Source: Camelus dromedarius
Lineage: Eukaryota
Assembly: GCF_036321535.1 (NCBI RefSeq)
Contig: NC_087436.1
Span: 58,654,001 to 58,718,000, forward strand
Direction: 5' to 3'
Length of the DNA: 64,000 nt
Shown: one piece after another, positions 53,350 through 64,000 of the stretch
Position numbering within the stretch: the first letter of the stretch is position 1
How the letters are laid out: every line of letters begins with the position of its first letter
Program-made: the position numbers and the translations under genes
The notes under the pieces: generated by a model
What the model was told of the DNA's origin: nothing
The model's input: the letters and a program-made list of their open reading frames with translations, nothing else
The model's database searches: none

Positions 53350-54010
53350 TAAAAATACATTTATTGAAATATACGTACAAAACAGTGTACAAGTGATAAC
53401 TAAATAAATAGGACAGATAAGCTTTAATGAAGTGTGTAAACAGCACACAGATAAAGAAAGAGAATATTATCAGAGCTCCAGAAACTCCTTTATGCCCTTT
53501 GTAAGGACCAGTTTTCCTCCAATGGTACCATTTCTTTGACTCCCAATAGCCTATACTAGTTTTAATCTGTTTTGAACCTTTTATAATGGAAACAAACAAT
53601 TTTCTTTTGTGACTGGCTTCATTTTCTTTACATTTTGTGTGTAAGATTTGTTTATGTTTTTGTATGTAGCAATAGCTCATTCATCTTCATTGCTGAATTG
53701 TGTAAATAAACTACAGTTAATTAATTCAATTTTATTATTCTTGTTACATTAGAAAAGACTGCTAAGATAATGTTCATTAGACATTCTGAGAGTGGGCATG
53801 CTTGTATCATGTCTAATCTTTATATAATTCACAATTCACCAGAAAGATGATTGTTTTGGGATCTTATAGATATTCTTTATCAGATTGACATTACCACTAT
53901 TCTTACTTAAAAAAATTTTTTTTTTAATGAATGGTGACTGTCATCCAATGCTTTACTGCATCTATGAATCATTTTAATTATTGATGATTTTCCTTTGTTT
54001 ATCTGTGATA
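53350..54010 (-). mobile_element. Old L1ME-type 3' fragment
   Basis: tttattgaaatatacgtacaaaacagtgtacaag...cagataaagaaagagaatattatcagagctccagaa...ttttgtgactggcttc. Confidence 0.65.
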
Positions 54011-56927
54011 AATAGAAATGTGATAAGTTTGATTACTATATAATTAAGGAATTCAGGAGAATAATTAAAAAATCATTTTCCTCTGTGAAATAATTTATAT
54101 GTAGATTATGCTATAGTAAAATTTAAACTCTGATAATGACTTAAGAGAAACGTTTAGATGGATTTTCCAAAGAAGATCCATTGGAAAATTAATATACTGA
54201 TTAATAATCTTTATCAACAGATGAAAGAATGGTTTCCAATAAGCTGTAGATGGCTTTATGAAATTCAGTATTTGTGACTTTGAGAAAAATGTATAAAATC
54301 ATGGCTTCCATCCATAAACAAAAAGAACTGGTCTGTAAGGTACATAAAATGTTAATTTTTTTGATCTGGGACTACATACACCGCAAAAGAAAAGTATATG
54401 CTATCTATAAAATACCTAGTTCTAAGTCATAATTTAAAGACAGTTTTACTACTCTCACCTAAATTCAGAATTCAATATGACATTACTTTCTGCTCTGGGA
54501 TTATAAAAGCTGGAAGGAATCCCTGATTAGAGAAAGATGTGAGCAAACTAGATTATAGAGATTTCTCTGCAGGATATGAAGGATACATTTGACAAGCACA
54601 TAAAATTTAAATTTTCTCTTTTTGTTAAACATTTTTTTCTTGGAAATATCACTGTAGTATCTCAATAAGCTTACCTCCATCTTCAACATCATAGTTTCTC
54701 AAAGAACTAAATATTTTTTTTTCCTATACATTGTTACTTATTATGTACCAAGCAACATAATGGGCATTATAGATTTTAATGAGAAAATCCCTGCCCTTGT
54801 CGAGTTTGCATTCTGGTGTATATGTCTTCTCATACTCTGAATTAGGGTTTCACTGCAGAAAGTGATTCTTAAGAGAATTGTAATATTTTAAAATGCAGAG
54901 TGAAACAAAAAATTTAGTGTGAACCTTTAACAATTTTTTAAAATTAATAATTAATGTTTATATACTTTTCTTTTAAAAATAAGAAGGACTGAAATCTGAT
55001 GAAGTGGCTAAGGGTTGAATTGGAAGTCCTATAATATTTGGTAGAAATACATCTGGTGCCAGCTCACTGGGAGTGAAGGCATAGGCCCTCCAAAAGTAAC
55101 AATCCAATGCTTTCTGGCTTGTAAAGCAAAATCTAAGCAGCTGGTGGTGAAAGTCCTAAAATCCTTGTAACAATATATGTAAGCCTGGCAACTATAAAAG
55201 AAGATTCTCCCAAACTGATTCTTCTGGCTTTCTATGCTATCCACTGATCAGGAAATAAAACCCTATTATGCAATTATGTATTATGCAATAGAAGTATATT
55301 ATTACTTTATGACATATATTGTCACTTTCTTTGGCAGGCTAGATATATGGCCATGGCTATATTTGGTTTAATATTTTAATAAAACATTTTAGAAAAACAA
55401 ATCTACCACTTAATTCCCATGTTATATATTTTCCTGACAATCTCCCATCATAATAATAGTAGATATCCTACCTCTCAAAATGAAAAACAAACAAACAAAC
55501 AATTCCTTTAAATAAAGAAATAGTTTTGGTAAACTCAAGATAAATTTGGAAGTTCATTTTACGGAAGTGAAGACCCACCTATGAAAATATATTATCAAAT
55601 ACTTTTACTTATTTCAATATATTATGTGAGTTCCTTTTTTAGTTGCTTTCGTATTTCCATCGTATTTCTAATAGGGAATTTTATGAATTCCCTAAGCTTT
55701 TCCTTATTTTTAAAAAGGCTTGGCAAAGAAAAGTGTTGTTGCTTTGTGACTTGAAGTGCTATTTTAATACAGAGTGCTCGAATTTCTGATTTATGAGATC
55801 TATGAGATTCAGACTAGTCTTTCATTTTATTTATCTAGTATTTTTCTTTATAACATACAGTATGGAATCAAAAATATCTTCCTGAGCCTCAGTAGAATAT
55901 CGTCCTAAGCTATGATTTTGTCTAACTCAAAATGTCTAGAATATTTCAGTTTAGAAGAAACACTCAGCCATGAGAGAGATGCTATTGAAATGTAACTATT
56001 TTAATGTTTTATTGCCTTGAATCTTATTTTGCCCAGATTTCCCCCAAGAGAGTGGGCTTCATCTGTGTAAGATTTCTTAGATGGCTTGAATTTATGCTTT
56101 AGCATTGGGAACTCTGCCTACTTTAAGACGGCAGTCGACTAGTCTTGCAGAAGTAGTGTACAGAGATTTGTAACTTCTTTGAATATTCATTTCACATAGT
56201 TGCTGATTCTTAACAATGTGGCATGAATAGAATTTCTTGAAAACTGTGTCTTCAAAAGAATCTACTTTATGGCTATATCATTACCATAGGAATGTAAAGG
56301 CACTGTTGTGTTTAGGAAGGGAAAAATAAAGCATGTAAATTAACATTTTTCTTAGTCTGACCATAAAGATGTAAATTAAATTAAATAAATAAAACAGTAT
56401 TTTCTTATTGTATGTTTATTTAAAATTATATGGTATAATTTCTGATCTTTTTACATGAAAAAGTCAGTAGAATACTTAAACTTTGAAACTTTGTACTGTG
56501 AAATGTTGATATTTGCTTTCTCTGAAATGAAATTGGAATTTTAAGGCATGCCTCTAGTCTAGTTAAATTTCTCTTAGAGGTTTACCTATAGTTTGTCTTT
56601 CAGTAATTATATCCTACTGGGTAAAACAAATTGTAAGTAATTTCCTTCATGTCTGGCCAGTTGGATCTCAGAGCATGCACTTCCACACTATTTTACAGTA
56701 AAAATTAATTTATTATTAAAATGATATTTTTAATCAAAGATATGTTTAAGTTATTATGAAAAAGAAAAGTATAATATGGGAAAAAAGTTATCAAAGTTAA
56801 ATGATTCTCCAAATTTTAACTGTTTTGATTTTATTTAATGAAATGTATAGTTTTGAACTTACAATGTAGATGTTAGTTGGGTCTGAAAGTTTAGAACTTA
56901 TTCAAACTTCAATTCTCCTTTCCCTTC

Positions 56928-56968
56928 AAAACCAAACCAAACCAAACAAAACCAAATCCAAACAAAAC
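56928..56968. repeat. Imperfect (AAACC)n pentanucleotide repeat
   Basis: aaaaccaaaccaaaccaaacaaaaccaaatccaaacaaaac. Confidence 0.8.
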
Positions 56969-57705
56969 TAGCTGCTTTAACAGAGATAAGCAGCAATATA
57001 AACATCATTATGGCTTTATGAAGAGGCATTAGAGGAAAGGTATTTTCTTTCTTAGTTGTACCACTTCTTGTTAAAGTTTTCTGTGTAATGACCCGTATTC
57101 CAATTTCCCATTTCTAAATCTTTATATTTTGCATCACAACTGAAAAAGGGAAGAGTTATATTGCTCTTTTCTTCTTCACTTAAGACTTTGAGGCATCTAC
57201 CTTCTAGCTAGCGTACAGAAAATCAAATAACTAACTGAAAATTTATTTTACTAAATTATGCCTTTATAATCTCTATCTAGTTTCATAAATGCATTCAACA
57301 TACTTATTAATGTTTTTAAATTAAAGAACCAAGTCTACATGTTTTTTTGAATATATTTAACTTGTTTTGTTCAGAAGAGAATAGATTCAAATAATTTGGG
57401 TTTTTTTTTTTCTCTTTTGTGCCAAGTCTTTTCACAACTACCAAAATAACTATTACATTAAGAATGAAAAAAATACCATACTTTATCAATTTCCAGCTAT
57501 AATAAAATCATGAGTTTTAAATTTTTTCTCCCCTATAGGAGATGATTTTCTTATTAGTATTCTGGGATCACTGGAGTACTGAACAATTGCAGTTTTCCAG
57601 ATATATTTCTAAAAAGTTACAAACAATTTCTAGAACTAGGACCTATGTAGCAAGTCCTACTTTAAAGATTCCTGACATTTAGGAACAAATGCCTAGTTTC
57701 CTTAT

Positions 57706-58470
57706 TGTCTTAGTTTGGGTTCCCCCAAAAGCAGATGAGATTAAAAACTTGAATGCAGGTACTGCATTTAAGAGGTGATTCAAAGAAATAAAAATGAAGG
57801 AGTAGGGGAAATTACACTAAAAAAAAAAAAAAAAGAAAAAAGGAAAAAGCCAATATAAGGTGTGTTACTAAGTGGGTTATTGGGGCTCAATTCTGATAGG
57901 CACCTTCTGAGAAACCATGTTGGTTGTGCCTCAGAATTGTCTCATGAGGAATAGGGAAGCACAGTATTTGTTCTCCACAGTTCAGATGAACTCAGAGATG
58001 AGCCAAGGGAATATGGAATGCTTTATCAAATGGAATCCAGTAATATCCACCCCTTGCATTGCTCAGATATGCTTGTGTCCTATATTGATTCCACTTGGTG
58101 ACTGGCATTTCAAAATGGTGGCTGTTATCAATGTTTAAAATAAAAGCATGAAATAAGAGGGTTAGGAAAATCTATTTGCTACTGAAAATAGAAGCCAAAA
58201 TTGATATTCAACACCTTTCTCTACTTCCCATTTTAAATACTCATCATCCTAGTGAGCATTTCTACTGTTTTAGTCTCATTGTCTTAAAGTGACACAGATC
58301 ACACTACTGAAGTCTTTAACCCTCCAGTTACATTGTCATTATCAGTCCATGGTTTTTATAAAAGCTCATTTACTCTCATTAGAAGTATAGAAGCACTAAA
58401 GTATCCCAGTAAATCACCCACTCCCCAGTCCCTCATTTTGTAGTAGCATTGCTAGTACTTCATTATACCA
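57706..58470 (-). mobile_element. LTR33-like ERVL LTR plus adjacent ERVL-like internal sequence
   Basis: tgtcttagtttgggttcccccaaaagcaga... is the reverse LTR33-type 3' terminus. ccaccccttgcattgctcagat...cttggtgactggcatttcaaaatggtggc resembles ERVL internal 3' sequence. Confidence 0.6.
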
Positions 58471-58539
58471 GTTATGGGAATATGCTTCTCAATTTTCCTG
58501 ACTCTTGGGAAAATTAATCATCTGAGCTATAAAATTAAG

Positions 58540-58876
58540 TCCATGCTTCCCTTGGACTATACTCAGCCAGTAAGGTTACTAGTGCAGAACCATTCCTGAA
58601 AAGTGAAGGACTCCACTGATAAGCAACTTTGACATTAGGACTCTGTGACAACCTTGCCAAATTCTATTAGAATTGCACTGTGCCTGAGACCCTTCCATCC
58701 AATCTTCCTTCTTCCTCCCTCTCCTTTATCAGGGATTAAATCTTCATCATAATCTGATAGCTCTCCCTGCTTCCTCTACACTTATTTCTCATTTTCTCTC
58801 ACAGACATTGCCATATTAAATCTCTTGCAGGGCTATTCTATCTTGGTGTCTGTCTTAGAGAACCTCAAACTGCACA
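58540..58876 (+). mobile_element. ERVL LTR (MER54/MER73/MER74-like)
   Basis: gaaccattcctg...ggactcc...ttagaattgcactgtgcctgagacccttccatccaatcttccttc...attaaatctcttgca...tcttggtgtctg...aacctcaaactgcaca. Confidence 0.55.
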
Positions 58877-58914
58877 AGTGATACAAAGACAATAAATGTT
58901 ACAGAAGATTCCCT

Positions 58915-59180
58915 AGTAGGGATAGAAGAGGATGACTGTTTAAGGGAGAAATATAGATGTCTGGCTTCAATTATGGACATCTCTAAAAGGCCATTTCAGT
59001 TTCAGAACTCCCTTTCCACCTGTTGCTTGAGGTCTTTTTTGGCAACCTAATCATTACAATTCAGCTTATTCCTCTTTCCAGTCCTGCTTTGTCACTGCTT
59101 TTCTGGAGTGGTTCCAGATAGCACTTCCCAATAAACAACTTGCATGAAAATCTCCATTTTGAGGAGCCCAACCTATGACT
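58915..59180 (+). mobile_element. LTR16-like ERVL LTR 3' part
   Basis: ggcttcaattatggacatctctaaaaggccatttcagtttcagaactccc...agcacttcccaataaacaacttgcatgaaaatctcc. Confidence 0.6.
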
Positions 59181-59265
59181 GTGTAATTCAAACATCCTCC
59201 TCCATCTCTACTATGGAATCTTCTATCAAGTTTACATTATTCACTAATGCCGTTACCTAAGAGAG

Positions 59266-59266
<1 letters not shown>

Positions 59267-59326
<60 letters not shown>
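59267..59326. repeat. (TG)30 microsatellite
   Basis: Perfect 60-nt alternating purine-pyrimidine run. Confidence 0.97.
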
Positions 59327-59328
<2 letters not shown>

Positions 59329-59749
59329 TAGAACTTAAAAAGGAGTTGTGTTCCAGATTTGGATTTACACAACATAGAAATACTTAAAGTTAAAAACATC
59401 TTTGTTAATTTGCAAAAAAGTTTATGAAAGGTTTCCCCAGGCATGGGTTTGGGGAGAGTTTTAGGGAAGAATATCAAACTCAAGGGAGCCTTCAACTGAC
59501 ATCAGATTAGTAATTTGATAATAATAAATCTAAGGTATTGAATAGTTAGAGAATCTCTACGGAGACTGTAATGTATTTGGAACCAGAAACCGGTGAAATA
59601 TTAAGGCTGAAGATTAGACTTGAGTGTTTTCCACACAGAGATAAGAGTCAAGGTCATAAAAAAGAAATATGCTTTCAAAGAAAATATTTAGTTCAAAATT
59701 GCCAACAACCTTCTCTAAATTTGCAACCCTAACCTCAGTTTGACAAACC

Positions 59750-60122
59750 TCACTTTTACTTACTGCTTTGCTTTTCTTCTTAGCTCTTTTTTACTTTTAA
59801 CCTACTGTACATTTTAATTATTAATCTTGTTTGTTGTTTGCCTACCTCATCTATAATATAATCTCTATGAGGGCAAGTTTTTCTCTTATTATTGCTATGG
59901 AGTCCCCAGAACCAAGAATAATGCTGGGTCCAATACAAAAGTAATGTCATTTTTTTCTTTATACGTTTTCATTCTTTACTATAATTGAACCAATAAACAA
60001 ATATATGGATCAATGAAAAGAAAAAAATCTTTTTCTCTTTATAATCTTCTCTACTTAAATAGTGCCTAGCTCATAGTACAGTCTCAATAATTATTTGAGA
60101 AGAAATGAATATGAATGAATAA
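59750..60122 (+). mobile_element. L2 3'-terminal fragment(s)
   Basis: ataatctctatgagggcaag...tccccagaaccaagaataatgctggg and atagtgcctagctcatagtacagtctcaataattatttg...tgaatgaat (L2 tail). Confidence 0.7.
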
Positions 60123-60277
60123 ATTTCAAAAGAGCTTGGATAAAGGAGTTACATGACAGAAGTCAGTTTTTTCACTGAAGTGTAAAGCAGTTTATTTTCA
60201 ATCCCCCAAGAAAAGAACAGTGTACTACATCTGGAATTTAAGTAAGAAAGATAAAGTTCACTCTAACTTATATGTAA

Positions 60278-60440
60278 AATGCTTTTCAAACTTTACTCCA
60301 CTTACAAGTCACTTGGTGATCTTGTTAAAATATGACTTCTATTTCAGCTGTTCTAAGGAGTGAAGTGAGATTCAGCATTTTTTTAAAAACATCCTGATTA
60401 TGAGAATGCTGCTTGTCCAAGATCACAGTTTGAGTCATAG
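60278..60440. mobile_element. MER5A hAT-Charlie MITE
   Basis: atgcttttcaaacttt...gtcacttggtgatcttgttaaaatatga...gagattcagcattt...tgctgcttgtccaagatcacagtttgagtc. Confidence 0.7.
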
Positions 60441-63067
60441 GTTGCTAAGAAAATCAGTATGTGGTGCATAAGGTAGATAGTGTGGCATATTAGGAATGAC
60501 TTTGGGTTTGAATCAGAAAGTTAGGTTTATGATCTAATAATGACACTAACTAGCTTAATATTTTGTGGATTATTGTGAATAAAATTGTACTTATTTAGTT
60601 ATCACTTTCAGTTTAAATGATAGGTTTCAATACTGCCAGGCAAATATAACTGGCAATATATTCAAATACTATGCTAGAGCCTAAGACACAAATGAAAGCA
60701 ATATTCTGATTCTAGACTGACATGCCAAGTTAAAAAAGAAGTCAAAAGATTATAGTGTCTGTTAAAAGTTTTGTATAGCTAGACACTAATATTGAGGTTA
60801 CTTTTGGATTGAACAACAAATTAAAAATTTTAATAGGATTGGGGCCAAATCAAGTGAGACATAGTGAAGGTATTAGAAGGAAATAGTCATGGAAATCAAG
60901 ATAGAATAGAAGGGCAGTATGCAGAGAGTAATTAGAAGGAGGTCACACTAAATTTTAATTCACTGCTGCAAAGTTCAAAGTCAAGAATTTATTGCTGATA
61001 TAAGGAGATAGGCAAGATTATACTGTGAAAAAAGAAAGCATAGCAAACAAAAATTCTTGACACTGTTGAGATTAATAACTTTGGGATTGGAGTTTTCAAT
61101 AGAACCAGTAAAATAGGAGAAAAATTAGGTAAGATGTGAATAAACTAAATGTAAAACATAAACTTAGAGCAATCTCATTCTTTCTCTCTGAGTATAAAAT
61201 TATTCCAACTTAAAGCAAATTATATGGCCATAATTGATTTAATACCAGAGGCATGACTTTTCTCTTGTGAATTCCATTAGAAGTCTATTCTGGCATTCCC
61301 TCTGGTGTATCCAAAGATTAAGGTAAAAGTTTACTCCAGAAACTGGGTGAAAAATAAACAGAATAAATTTGGATTACTCTTATTTTACTGCAAATCCAAA
61401 TTAACTATTTTCGAGATACTCTTTATGATTCCTTGTTAGTATTTATCAAGAAGTGTGTCCTGGTTTTATTTTTTTTTAAGTTGTTAGAATTTTGACTTGT
61501 TTGAATGATTTTATACACATGATTTAGGACAAAATAATTATTTTAATAAATTTATTAATGGCTATGATTTTTCATTTACAAATTATTTCTTACTACCCTT
61601 CCTTAACTTTTTAGTTGTATGACACAAATTGGTGAAGGATCAAGGTGGATATACTTTCAGCATACCTATGCAAGTGCTTTACTGCTTTTGCTCTATGGCT
61701 ATGAGTTTTGAGACCTCATCAAAATATGAACTTATTATTCTGATTTCATAATCCAGAATAGAACAAAGAATAAGTATTCCAAGATGATTTTGTGTTATTT
61801 TCCTTTCCTATTTGAACCAATTTCTTTAAGGAGGATGATGTCAAATATGAATTGAATCTTGAAAGTCCTAGGGCAAATGCATACGAATAATATGATTATG
61901 AGATTTTCCTTTTTAGGTTAAGTTTCAGATTGTTTACTCTCTGTCTTTTAACATCATAGAATAATTTTCTTTTAAACACTGTGAGATGTTAAGTATAAAA
62001 ATTTGATTTTTTTAAAGATCATATAGCTCTTCATAGCCTGTTTTGACACTTCAGAAAAAAAAGAATTGTTTCAAAGCTTCCTTGTCTATAATAGGAGGTA
62101 GAAAATTAAGCACCAGATGAAACAATTGAAACATTTTTATCTGTTTCCATTTCTTTTTCTCACAAATAATGCTTGAAATTAAAGGCATAGATAAGTAAAG
62201 TAAGACCAATTTGTTTTTATACTATTAAAGGCTTAGAAATTAAGAGGTAAATTATTTCTTTAGTGCCTGAACTGTATCAGGAGAAAAACTTCATGTGAGA
62301 AATTTAACAGAAATATACAATGAAATAATCATATCTTATTTTGAAAATATCTTTAAAATATTTTACTCAGCAAAACCCATGACACTGAAGAAATGAAAGT
62401 ATTTTAGTTTTTTCCTTTAGAAAATTATTATTTTTTCTACCTTTAATTTCTATCTCAGTGAAGCAAGCTAATATCTCAGAAACTAATTTATAGTTAAAAT
62501 ATGGTTATTCATATTCTTTCTCAGTTTTCTGATTTAAAAAAAATTGAGTTATTATTAGAACACTTGACATCAACTAGAATCAAAATAAGATTCAATTCCT
62601 TTCATGTAAGCATTATAAATATTATTTTTAAACCTGGGCACAGTAACAACTTCTTGACTGAATTAAGTAGCTTCTTAGATCATAACTCATTTACTATATA
62701 CCTCAATACATCACAAAGTTAATGATTCTGAAAGATTTAAGGCATGTGGCAAGGATGAAAGTCATTATCAGTGATTTTCTTTATTTTGCTCTCAAATGTC
62801 AAAGCATAATTGTCAAAAATTTAAAACATGATTTATATAAATATAGAATGATCACTATTCAAAGATTTTATTCAACACATAAATAAGAAAACCAGAAATA
62901 TGAAATAGCTGTCCAAATTAGAAATAGAAGAACAAAGATATTATATAGTATAAAGTTGAAATAAGTTTAATGAGATAGTTAACATCCTATAGGACAATAA
63001 AATTGTACCCTTTTGGGGGATATTTACTAGAAAAAAGAAATGTCATCCAGACAGTTTCAAAAAGTTA

Positions 63068-63210
63068 GGGGGGAGGGTATAGCTCAAGTGGTAGTGTGCA
63101 TGCTTAGCATGCATGAGATCCTGGGTTCAATCCCCAATACCTCCATCAAAAAACTAAATAAAGAAATAAACCTAATTATCCATCCCCTTGCAAAAAAAAA
63201 AAAAAAAAAA
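63068..63210 (+). mobile_element. tRNA-Ala(AGC)-derived SINE, camelid vic-1 type
   Basis: GGGGGGAGGGTATAGCTCAAGTGGTAG (A box) TGTGCATGCTTAGCATGCATGAGATCCTGGGTTCAATCCCC (B box) AATACCTCCA, then an A-rich linker, AAACCTAATTATCCATCCCC and a poly(A) tail. Confidence 0.88.
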
Positions 63211-63594
63211 TGTAGCATATAACTACAAAGAGCCTGAGGGCTTAAATTCATAATAATTAGCTAAGTCAAACGAAAATACATTCCCCTGGATATTAATTAT
63301 CTTTGGGTGATTTTGTTAAACAATGTACCATATTGAAATCATATGATGAAACATGATTATGCCAGCTTCCAAGTTTTAGATAATTTTTCTTAATGCTAAC
63401 TCCCAAACCACGGCTTAAAATATGATTAAACATGAATTCTGACTATATGTGTATATATGTAGATTTAAGTTAAAAAAAAGGAGAAAACACTTAATTCTCA
63501 ATATTTTAATCTGAGGGAAACAGTGGTTGCAGGTAAATTCATTCATTGAAAATTAAAGACTTGCTTAAAAAATGACATAACGCTTTTAATGTGC

Positions 63595-64000
63595 TGTTCA
63601 ACTTCTAGTATTTTATTCAGAATTTTTGCATTTCTGCTCATCAAGGATATTGGCCTGTAGTTTTCTTTTCTTGTGATATCTTTTTCTGGTTTTGATATCA
63701 AGGTGATGCTGGCTTCATAAAGTGAGTTTGGAATTGTTCTATGCTTTGGAAGACTTTAAAGATTGATATTAATTTTTCTTTGAATGTTTGACAGAATTCA
63801 CTGGTGAAGCCATCTGGTATTGGGTTTTTCCATGTTAAAAGGCTTTTCATTACTCATTCAGTCTCCTTATTTGATAATTGTCTGTTCAAGCTTTCTATTT
63901 CTTCTTTACTCAGTTTTGATATGTTATATGTTTTGGGAAATTGATCTATTTCTGCTAGATTTAACAGTTTGTTGGTGTATCATTGCTTATAATACTCGCT
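63595..64000 (-). mobile_element. L1 ORF2 fragment, runs off the window end
   Basis: gaatttttgcatttctgctcatcaaggatattggcctgtagttttcttttcttgtg...gaattcactggtgaagccatctggt is reverse L1 ORF2. Confidence 0.85.

Noticed and set aside
63072..63146. Functional tRNA-Ala(AGC) gene
   Set aside because: It has stem mismatches relative to tRNA-Ala, no oligo-T terminator, and is followed by a SINE tail and poly(A).

Overview
This window is mammalian genomic DNA, most likely camelid (camel, llama or alpaca). That call rests on a tRNA-Ala-derived vic-1-type SINE at ~63.1 kb and an artiodactyl-type Tigger1 deletion derivative; I recognised no Alu, B1 or Bov-A elements. It contains the 5' end of GRID2 (glutamate receptor delta-2, GluD2) on the minus strand. 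Coding exon 1 (19850->19763, 88 nt, [30 protein letters not shown]) lies in a ~2.3 kb CpG island. Positions 1-19762 are the start of intron 1, and ~20.8-64 kb is upstream intergenic DNA dense in decayed, often nested L1, LTR, DNA-transposon, L2 and MIR copies. No other protein-coding gene, functional RNA gene, CRISPR array or novel multi-gene system is supported; the other ORF-track entries are GC-rich or repeat-derived artefacts. The best leads are regulatory and all hypothetical: uORFs and a G4 in the GRID2 leader, an in-phase cryptic 'poison' exon, an intact sense-oriented solo LTR with a PBX-PREP/MEIS site and splice donor, an intronic promoter-like module, and a 33-nt TSD-flanked L1 tail. 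Repeat family names come from my recall of consensus sequences. Boundaries are approximate unless termini or TSDs are quoted.
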